The notes beneath the pieces are model-generated. The model worked only from the letters and a program-made list of their open reading frames with translations. It ran no database searches and had not been told where the DNA came from. A stretch of DNA of 5,912 bases from a virus (taxonomy: Duplodnaviria > Heunggongvirae > Uroviricota > Caudoviricetes), in IMG/VR virus record IMGVR_UViG_2529292720_000008; one strand, written 5' to 3'. Shown here in pieces: positions 1 to 5,518 of this stretch. Numbering within the stretch: position 1 is the stretch's first letter; each line of letters opens with the position of its first letter. A program made the translations under genes and the position numbers.

Positions 1-963
1 AAAAACCCCCGTTATGAGTTGTGCGCCACAGTACAGGAAGCACTAAAACCCGTTACGGTGAAGGAAGCGATTAACTACTGGCTGGAGGAATACGCGAAGG
101 ATAACCGCAAAGATTACATAAAGCTGGTGCAGCGTATGGATAAGCACATCATTTGCCATATTGGGGCAATTCCCCTTGATAAGTGTGATACAAGGCAGTG
201 GATCGCATGTTTTGACCGCGTACGAAAAAAAGCACCAGTAGCAGCGGGCCATGTCATGCAGACATGCAAACAGGCGCTAAAGTTTTGCCGCAGGCGGCGC
301 TACGCGTTTAGCAACGCCCTGGACGATTTGATCGTTACTGATGTGGGTAAGAGAGCAGAAATCCGCGAGAGAGTGCACAGCAACAGCGAACTAAAAGAAA
401 TTCTACGCGCTATTGATGGTGATGTGTTCGCTCCCTATTACAGTGCGTTAATGCGCTTGTTAATTGTGTTCGGGTGCAGAACGGCAGAGATCAGACTTTC
501 AGAGATCAAAGAATGGGATCTGAAAGAAATGTTGTGGACAGTGCCAAAAGAGCACAGCAAAACGAAGGTCGCCATATTCAGGCCAATACCGGAAAGCATT
601 TTACCGTTCGTCACGCAGCTGGTGGAGCAGAACAGACACACAGGGCTATTACTCGGGGAACTGAAACAGGAAGCCAGTGTGTCGCAATACGGCAGATTCA
701 TGCACAAAAAATTAAACCATCCGCACTGGTCACTACACGATATACGGCGCACGTTTACCACGATGCTGAACGATTTAGGCGTGGATCCGCATATTGTCGA
801 ACAACTCACCGCTCACCAGATGCCAGGGATGCAGCGAGTCTATAACCACTCCCGTTATCTCGATGCGAAACGTAATGCGCTGGACATGTGGACAGAGCGG
901 TTAGAGATACTGGCGGGTACTCACAAAAACGTAACCACACTGCCAATAGCCAGAGAAATATAA
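1..963 (+). CDS. int: Tyrosine recombinase / phage-type integrase, C-terminal portion; 5' end is outside the window (frame is open from position 1)
   Basis: Frame open from nt 1 to stop at 961-963. Translation carries the catalytic-domain hallmarks of tyrosine recombinases: conserved Arg in GCRTAEI, the HDIRRTF His-x-x-Arg box, and the C-terminal VYNHSRY tyrosine region, followed by a P4-type tail (LDAKRNALDMW). The TTG at 19 is only the ORF finder's first start, not the real one. Confidence 0.9.
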   Translation, partial: KNPRYELCATVQEALKPVTVKEAINYWLEEYAKDNRKDYIKLVQRMDKHIICHIGAIPLDKCDTRQWIACFDRVRKKAPVAAGHVMQTCKQALKFCRRRRYAFSNALDDLIVTDVGKRAEIRERVHSNSELKEILRAIDGDVFAPYYSALMRLLIVFGCRTAEIRLSEIKEWDLKEMLWTVPKEHSKTKVAIFRPIPESILPFVTQLVEQNRHTGLLLGELKQEASVSQYGRFMHKKLNHPHWSLHDIRRTFTTMLNDLGVDPHIVEQLTAHQMPGMQRVYNHSRYLDAKRNALDMWTERLEILAGTHKNVTTLPIAREI

Positions 964-990
964 TTTTTTTTGCGATTTTTTAGAACTGAC

Positions 991-1050
991 ACAACGTGAA
1001 ACAACGAGACACCACGACGAACAACGGCGAACAATCTGGAACAAACTTGA
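991..1050. repeat. Six contiguous 10-bp direct repeat units (acaacgtgaa / acaacgagac / accacgacga / acaacggcga / acaatctgga / acaaacttga), flanked by CTGACAC at 986-992 and 1062-1068
   Basis: Read directly from the sequence: each 10-mer block from 991 begins ACAAC, ACCAC, ACAAT or ACAAA, giving one-helical-turn phasing. Lies in the int-alpA intergenic region. Confidence 0.7.
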
Positions 1051-1330
1051 TTAACATCTGACTGACACCCTAAAAAGTTGATTTTCAGTCGTTTTACTGG
1101 CTTTTTGTACATTGGCGAATCACTCTTAAAAACATGTAAAAAAGGCGTAAAAACAGAATTTTATGCCTTTGCACCACAATGAATTAAAAGAGTTTTTATT
1201 CTCATTACCACACTTCTGTAAAATGACCGCCGCCAGTGTTTGCCATTCCATAAACACCCTGACACAATCCGACGCACCACAACACAATAGGACACCAAAT
1301 AACTCTTTAAGAAATATCAAAGGGGGAATT

Positions 1331-1519
1331 GTGTTAAGCACAGATCGCTTTATACGTGAAAAAGAATGTCAGCAACTTACAGGCCTGAGCCGTTCATGTC
1401 GGTACCGCCTGGAAAAAACCGGACAATTCCCATCACGGCGTAAGCTCGGCGGTCGTTCCGTTGGCTGGTCTTTATCCGAAGTTCTGGCATGGAAGGAAAG
1501 CTGCGAGGCAGTTCACTAA
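1331..1519 (+). CDS. alpA: AlpA-family (Phage_AlpA / MerR-like HTH) transcriptional regulator or excision activator, 62 aa
   Basis: Translation VLSTDRFIREKECQQLTGLSRSCRYRLEKTGQFPSRRKLGGRSVGWSLSEVLAWKE matches the AlpA pattern (TG-x-SR-x-x-Y ... FP ... LG-x-RSVGW ... E-x-x-x-W). GTG start at 1331 has a strong Shine-Dalgarno AAAGGGGGAA at 1319-1328. The in-frame ATG at 1163 lacks an RBS and would add a non-homologous 56-aa extension. Confidence 0.8.
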   Translation: MLSTDRFIREKECQQLTGLSRSCRYRLEKTGQFPSRRKLGGRSVGWSLSEVLAWKESCEAVH

Positions 1520-1525
1520 TCAGGC

Positions 1526-1544
1526 TGGCGGCACACAGCCGCCA
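1526..1544 (+). other. GC-rich stem-loop (TGGCGGC-acaca-GCCGCCA) just after the alpA stop
   Basis: Perfect 7-bp inverted repeat with a 5-nt loop, seen in the sequence. No U-tract follows, so it is not a canonical intrinsic terminator; it may be an RNA processing or stability element, or a protein-binding palindrome. Confidence 0.35.
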
Positions 1545-1571
1545 CCCATCCACTAATACAGAGATCTAACC

Positions 1572-2047
1572 ATGAATACTGGATATTCTCCCGAACAAGG
1601 GCGGGGCTTCGTTCGTCCTGAAAAACAGAATCTGCAAAATTTTGCCGAAATTATTCCGGTTATTTCCGGCCTTACTGGCGGGAGTGAAACCAATATTGTT
1701 AACGCCAGAGCGTTGCAGATGTTTGATGATAAAAAGGGAGTAAATTTAACTTACACCCCTGACGGCAATCAGAATATGAGCATTATCTCTGAGTCAGGTT
1801 TCTACAAACTAATAAAAACAAAAAGCGCCCCGTTGCCGGAGCGCCTTTGTGAACAATTAACCTACTGCGCAAAAAATGAATCTGAGCAGTGGGATTATAT
1901 CAACCGTGTGGCGAAGCGCCACAATTGCCGGATAACAGGCAAAACAAAGGCCACCCGCTACGGTGGCCCCTCGACACAAGCTACACGTTATCCCCAACGC
2001 ATGAGCATCACCAACAATGCCACATTTGCGGCTGGTGGGCAATGTGA
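1572..2047 (+). other. Possible coding region of uncertain status (start of a 470-codon stop-free frame); may be a decayed gene or a frameshifted remnant
   Basis: ATG at 1572 opens a frame whose first ~120 codons look protein-like (including an SESGFYKLI segment that faintly recalls the E-x-G-L-Y-x-L-I core of Bro-N/antirepressor proteins, from memory). There is no in-frame stop until 2984, and the middle of the frame (2050-2580) is Ser/Cys/Arg-rich, antisense-like translation. No boundary can be supported. Confidence 0.2.
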
Positions 2048-2221
2048 TCAGTCAGATTTGGTTCGTTCCAAGGTTTGCAACGAGAGCTTTTTCCTGTGCT
2101 CTTTAAGGAATTTCTCAAGAGCAAAAGCACATGGCGCGAATCTTTCTGATTCATGCTCTATCTTTCTGCGCCGTCTTTTCCGTGCCGGTGATAATGTTTT
2201 GGTCAATTCTTTATCGGTCAT
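2048..2221 (-). CDS. Small basic hypothetical protein (57 aa from the second ATG; the track start at 2236 gives 62 aa)
   Basis: Minus-strand ORF with charged, protein-like composition (MTDKELTKTLSPARKRRRRKIEHESERF...), in contrast to the junk-like plus-frame translation over the same DNA. AGGA lies 7 nt upstream of the second ATG. It sits directly downstream of the leftward RHH-like gene. No family recognised. Confidence 0.25.
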   Translation of the reverse strand: MTDKELTKTLSPARKRRRRKIEHESERFAPCAFALEKFLKEHRKKLSLQTLERTKSD

Positions 2222-2278
2222 TGTGTTGTCCTGCATAGCAATGCGCCGTAATACCTTACACCACGGCGCTGGTGATGG

Positions 2279-2551
2279 TCACTCCTGCTCTTTGGCCTTG
2301 CGACGCTGGAGTTCTTCACGCGCGACGGTGATGAGTTGCCCGATCTCCTCGGCTGCTTTGACTCCGATTTTTTCCACCTGCGCCAGTGCATCGAGCGAAG
2401 AAACCAGGGGATTTTCTCCGCTTCCTTCTGCCTGGCGGCGGGCGATCTCACCGCGAACGGCTGTAATCACGAAAGCGGCTATTGTTTCCCCTTCCGTTTT
2501 CGAATTTTCCATTTCCTCGATTACATCATGGGGGAAGCGGATATTTTTCAT
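2279..2551 (-). CDS. Putative ribbon-helix-helix-like DNA-binding protein, candidate repressor of the divergent rightward operon (90 aa; alternative start at 2584 gives 101 aa)
   Basis: Minus-strand ORF whose N-terminus (MKNIRFPHDVIEEMENSKTEGETIAAFVITAVRGEIARRQ) fits a beta-strand / helix / turn / helix RHH layout, with a helical charged C-terminus. The overlapping plus-frame translation is low-complexity. It is transcribed away from the palindrome-rich region at 2585-2780. The fold call comes from pattern only. Confidence 0.45.
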   Translation of the reverse strand: MKNIRFPHDVIEEMENSKTEGETIAAFVITAVRGEIARRQAEGSGENPLVSSLDALAQVEKIGVKAAEEIGQLITVAREELQRRKAKEQE

Positions 2552-2605
2552 TTGCGATCTGCTGTTGATATTTCCTGTTGCCATCAGAATGTCCGGTTAT
2601 TTTGA

Positions 2606-2709
2606 GGTGTGCATACATTACACCAAAAGGTGTGTAAATAAAACACTTGACACTGTAGCGCACTTAAATTTAATCTGTACACACACCAATGATTGTGGTG
2701 TATGTACAG
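2606..2709. promoter_or_regulatory. Divergent control region: rightward sigma70-like promoter (-35 TTGACA 2647-2652, 16-bp spacer, -10 TTTAAT 2669-2674) flanked by two palindromes built from GGTGTG/CACACC half-sites
   Basis: Consensus -35 hexamer and a 5/6 -10 hexamer at correct spacing. Upstream inverted repeat ACACC-aaaa-GGTGT at 2620-2633. Downstream 14-bp-arm inverted repeat CTGTACACACACCA (2675-2688) / TGGTGTATGTACAG (2696-2709) with one mismatch, overlapping the predicted transcription start. Further GGTGTG copies at 2606 and 2629. Confidence 0.55.
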
Positions 2710-2780
2710 CAAAGCCCCGCAGTGCTGGAACACATGCAGGGCTTCTAACCACCAACGATAGCGAAAGTATCGAGGTAGCT

Positions 2781-2984
2781 ATGAGAAATTATACCAGACA
2801 CCCGCAAGGGCGGGACTCGTACAACCTGAATAAATACATCTGGCGTTTTATCGCCCTGAGCACGGCACAACCGCGCGTGATTACCATTGAGGCCACCAGC
2901 GAACAGGAAGCGCGTCAGCAATCTCCTGATGGCTGCGTGATGGTATTCGCTGCCCGTATTCGCCAGGGGGAACACCATGATTAA
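2781..2984 (+). CDS. Icd-like small protein (host cell division inhibitor Icd-like family, as commonly annotated in P4-like prophages), 67 aa
   Basis: ATG at 2781 preceded by GAGGT at 2772-2776. Translation MRNYTRHPQGRDSYNLNKYIWRFIALSTAQPRVITIEATSEQEARQQSPDGCVMVFAARIRQGE fits my recollection of the Icd-like pattern (W-x-F-x-A-x-S ... SE-x-EAR ... FAAR). First gene downstream of the promoter; the stop overlaps the next start. Confidence 0.55.
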   Translation: MRNYTRHPQGRDSYNLNKYIWRFIALSTAQPRVITIEATSEQEARQQSPDGCVMVFAARIRQGEHHD

Positions 2985-3186
2985 CCTGTCACTTACCGAC
3001 CTTAACCGCGTTCAGTTTCGTGAGAAATTTACCGGGCAGCTACTGGTCAATGTGGATAAAGGTCGCGTGGTGTGTAATTACCACCTGCCAGATGAAGCCA
3101 TTGTCGCAACAAGGGAATCATTACAGGAACTCGCAGAACGTGCCGGAATGATTAACGCGAATATTCAGGGGGTGAGCCATGCATAA
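2977..3186 (+). CDS. Uncharacterised small protein, 69 aa; paralog of the next gene
   Basis: ATG at 2977 with SD GGGGG at 2966-2970; start overlaps the upstream stop (ATGATTAA). Shares an alignable core with the next ORF (FTGQLLVNVDKGRVVCNYHL versus YTGRVLVYLEKGRVKCQCRL, and ...AERAGM versus ...TKSGV). Confidence 0.6.
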   Translation: MINLSLTDLNRVQFREKFTGQLLVNVDKGRVVCNYHLPDEAIVATRESLQELAERAGMINANIQGVSHA

Positions 3187-3391
3187 TCATGAAACGCACT
3201 TACCTGTAGTGCTGAATGTGCCATCAGATTATACGGGGCGCGTACTGGTGTATCTGGAAAAAGGCCGGGTTAAATGTCAGTGCCGTTTAATGGAAAACGA
3301 ATTTATTAGCACTCTTGCGGGATTTTCTGAAATGCTCACTAAATCGGGTGTTAGTGCAGACCAGTTACGCGGGGGCGATTATGCGAAATAA
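3179..3391 (+). CDS. Uncharacterised small protein, 70 aa; tandem paralog of the 2977-3186 gene
   Basis: ATG at 3179 with SD GGGGGG at 3166-3171; overlaps the upstream stop (ATGcaTAA). About one third identity to the preceding protein when aligned by eye, including conserved TG, KGRV and Cys positions. Confidence 0.6.
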   Translation: MHNHETHLPVVLNVPSDYTGRVLVYLEKGRVKCQCRLMENEFISTLAGFSEMLTKSGVSADQLRGGDYAK

Positions 3392-3599
3392 ACATGATAT
3401 TGAAGACCTGGCATTTGAAGCCCTGCACTCTGCGAAAAAAATCAGGGAAGTCGTCAATATGTGGATGAACAGCCTTAGCACCGATGAATCCGATAGCAGA
3501 GAGGAAATTCTTATTTCTTTGTTGTTAGACCTGGCAAATACACAGGTTTCTCTGACATCTGATATTGAACTCGCCGCTAAAAATCTGCCTCTGGAGTAA
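3381..3599 (+). CDS. Uncharacterised small acidic, predicted helical protein, 72 aa
   Basis: ATG at 3381 with SD GGGGG at 3371-3375; 11-nt overlap with the upstream gene. The ORF-track start at 3315 lies inside the upstream gene and lacks an RBS. No family recognised. Confidence 0.5.
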   Translation: MRNKHDIEDLAFEALHSAKKIREVVNMWMNSLSTDESDSREEILISLLLDLANTQVSLTSDIELAAKNLPLE

Positions 3600-3605
3600 A
3601 AAAAC

Positions 3606-3905
3606 ATGAAACAGAAAAATTCTGGCTTTACTGCCAGTGGTCTCCCTCGGCCTGAAATCCGCCCCGGTGATATTTTCCGGGATAACTACGGTGGCACGGT
3701 AACGATTAAAAGCGTGGCGGGGCGGTGCGTTACTTACCGCCGTGATGGGTACGGCTATGACTGCGTGATGCCTGCTTATCAGTTCCGGCGTGATTTTTCA
3801 CTGATACAGGCCACACCACGCAAACAGCCCACCAGCAACGCAAAGGCACGGGCAAATATTCAGAAAATGAAAAACATGATTAACGCATTCAGGGGCAAAA
3901 AATGA
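3606..3905 (+). CDS. Uncharacterised small basic protein, 99 aa, translationally coupled to rep
   Basis: ATG at 3606 with GGAGT upstream; its stop overlaps the rep start (ATGA at 3902-3905). Gly/Arg/Tyr-rich core (GDIFRDNYGGTVTIKSVAGRCVTYRRDGYGYDCVMPAYQFRRDF) suggests a small beta-rich domain. No family recognised. Confidence 0.5.
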   Translation: MKQKNSGFTASGLPRPEIRPGDIFRDNYGGTVTIKSVAGRCVTYRRDGYGYDCVMPAYQFRRDFSLIQATPRKQPTSNAKARANIQKMKNMINAFRGKK

Positions 3906-5317
3906 AACTGGCACCGAACTTAAAAAAACAGCCACACGACAAAATGACCGAAGTCATTATTTTTGCGGGTAGTGATGCCTGGGCGCACGCGAAACAGTGG
4001 CAGGAACAGGACGGGCGACTTGCTGGTGATAACGTCCCGCCTGTATGGCTGGGAGACAGCCAGCTTGACGAACTGGCAGACCTGAAAATTATCGACGATG
4101 GTCGCTATTGTGTCCGGCTGTACAAGGCAGGCCACATCAAGCCGTCAAATATTAATGCTATCGGGCAAAAGCTGGCGGCGGCAGGTGTACGGGATGCGAA
4201 TTATTACCCTGATGGAATGCACAGCCAGAAGCTGGAGAACTGGCACGACTACCTGCAACGGATCCGCGAACAGGCAGAGCGCGGGGAAATACTTACTGAC
4301 GAGCAATACAGCCAGCGAAAAACCACGCTACCAATGAGCATTGGATCTGCAGGGTACGACACACAGCTTGATTATGTCGTTAAGGGCGTGATTCCGGCTA
4401 ATTCATTGTGCAGCACATACGGCGCGAGCGGTTCCTATAAATCGTTCCTCGCGTGTTCCTGGGCGTGTCATGTTGCCACTGGCCGTCACTGGGGAGGCCG
4501 CAGGGTGGCGCATGGTTCGGTGATGTATGTTGTCGGTGAAGGTGGCATTGGTGTCCCCCGCCGTATCAAGGCATGGGAAATCGTTAATGATGAACGGGTG
4601 GAAAATCTGTACCTGGTAAACCGCCCGATTTTTCCGGCAGTCCCGCTTGATGTTGATGAAATGGTCATCGCTTCCCGCCAGGTTGAACGGGAAACGGGTA
4701 AACCGGTACGCATGATTATTCTTGATACGCTGGCGCGTTGCTTTGGCGGTAATGATGAAAATGACGCGCGGGATATGGGGGCGTTTATCCGTGGATGTGA
4801 CGAACTGAAACGCCGCACAGGGGCCACGGTGCTGGTGGTTCACCATTCCGGCAAGGATGAAACAAAGGGGGCGCGTGGTTCCAGTGCATTTCGTGCATCT
4901 CTGGACGCTGAATACCGTATTCGCCGTGAAGGTGCAGACAGTGAAGCCCTGGTTATCTCCTGCACAAAAATGAAGGACGCGGAGGAACTGAAAGAGGCCG
5001 CATACGATTTACGTGTGGTGGAGCTTTTTACCGACACTGACGGGGAGTTAATCACGTCGCTGGTTGTTGTGGATAAGCCGCGCCCACCCGTTGAACTGGA
5101 GCGCATCGAGGAAGCCGGGAACAAGACGGAGAATCATGCCGCGCTATGGGGCTGTATCCGTTCACGCACACAGCGCGGAGATAAATGCACTATTCCGTTG
5201 TTGCGCGATGATATGAAAAAGCTGGGGTATGAGATGAAACACTTCCGGCGCTGGCTGTACAAGCTGGAAGGTGATGGCGTTATTGCTATTGACGGTGATG
5301 ACGTGCGCCCACTGTAA
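3902..5317 (+). CDS. rep: Replication protein: RepA-like / DnaB-like RecA-fold ATPase (AAA_25-type) with an uncharacterised N-terminal ~150-aa domain, 471 aa
   Basis: Walker A GASGSYKS at nt 4421-4444, Walker B-like hydrophobic stretch with Asp (RMIILDTLA, around nt 4709-4735), and the VLVVHHSGKDETKGARGSSA motif typical of RepA-like helicase/ATPase cores. Ends immediately upstream of an iteron cluster. The alternative start at the MTEV Met (nt 3944) cannot be excluded. Confidence 0.85.
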   Translation: MKLAPNLKKQPHDKMTEVIIFAGSDAWAHAKQWQEQDGRLAGDNVPPVWLGDSQLDELADLKIIDDGRYCVRLYKAGHIKPSNINAIGQKLAAAGVRDANYYPDGMHSQKLENWHDYLQRIREQAERGEILTDEQYSQRKTTLPMSIGSAGYDTQLDYVVKGVIPANSLCSTYGASGSYKSFLACSWACHVATGRHWGGRRVAHGSVMYVVGEGGIGVPRRIKAWEIVNDERVENLYLVNRPIFPAVPLDVDEMVIASRQVERETGKPVRMIILDTLARCFGGNDENDARDMGAFIRGCDELKRRTGATVLVVHHSGKDETKGARGSSAFRASLDAEYRIRREGADSEALVISCTKMKDAEELKEAAYDLRVVELFTDTDGELITSLVVVDKPRPPVELERIEEAGNKTENHAALWGCIRSRTQRGDKCTIPLLRDDMKKLGYEMKHFRRWLYKLEGDGVIAIDGDDVRPL

Positions 5318-5518
5318 AAAGTGGGTAGTAAAAGTGGGGAGTGTGGGGAATTTAACAAAATTGAAACGTGATTCCCCACTTTCCCACCTGTATATACCCC
5401 AAAAAGTGGGGAATAAAAAACACATTGAAAAACATCACGTTAGAATCACAAAAAAAAGAAGTGGGGAGACGTTGGGTAATTTCAAAAAGTGGGTAGTAAA
5501 AGTGGGGAGCAGTGAGGA
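5316..5518. repeat. Iteron cluster, putative origin of replication: at least 8 copies of AGTGGGGA-like 8-mers in both orientations, a 26-bp perfect direct repeat (5316-5341 and 5484-5509), and an A-rich tract
   Basis: Read directly: AAAAAGTGGGTAGTAAAAGTGGGGAG occurs twice. Additional GTGGGGA / TCCCCAC copies at 5334-5340, 5342-5349, 5373-5380 (inverted), 5381-5388 (inverted variant), 5405-5412 and 5461-5467. A-rich segment at 5411-5460. Position right after rep fits a rep-ori arrangement. Confidence 0.7.

Noticed and set aside
438-845. ORFs 474-845 (+) and 438-809 (-) inside the integrase gene
   Set aside because: They are alternative-frame and antisense ORFs embedded in a gene with clear catalytic motifs; the translations are low-complexity with no RBS.
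921-1341. Minus-strand ORFs 921-1112 and 1126-1341 in the int-alpA intergenic region
   Set aside because: They are short ORFs through AT-rich, repeat-containing intergenic DNA with no RBS and implausible translations; more likely regulatory DNA.
1526-1544. Intrinsic (Rho-independent) terminator after alpA
   Set aside because: The stem is present but no U-rich tract follows (downstream is CCATCCACTAATAC), so a canonical terminator call is not supported.
2218-2605. ORFs 2218-2451 (-) and 2336-2605 (+) overlapping the RHH-like gene
   Set aside because: They overlap the better-supported 2279-2551 minus-strand gene in other frames and have low-complexity or Cys-rich translations with no RBS.
1572-2984. 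470-aa ORF as a single protein-coding gene
   Set aside because: It runs antisense across a better-supported minus-strand gene with low-complexity translation there, and its last 67 codons form an independent gene (Icd-like) with its own promoter and RBS. The frame openness is not evidence for one protein.
3315-3607. Start at 3315 for the third small gene, and the antisense ORF 3365-3607
   Set aside because: The 3315 start lies inside the upstream gene without an RBS, whereas ATG 3381 has a GGGGG Shine-Dalgarno. The antisense ORF is low-complexity.
4403-5124. Minus-strand ORFs 4403-4846, 4486-4827 and 4840-5124, plus the plus-strand ORF 4098-4337
   Set aside because: All lie within rep, antisense or out of frame. 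Their translations are Ser/Arg/Thr-rich junk typical of non-coding frames, whereas the rep frame carries Walker motifs.
5316-5518. Possible CRISPR array, because of the short repeated units
   Set aside because: Units are 8-26 bp, irregularly spaced and in both orientations, with no uniform spacers and no cas genes. The pattern is iteron-like, not CRISPR.
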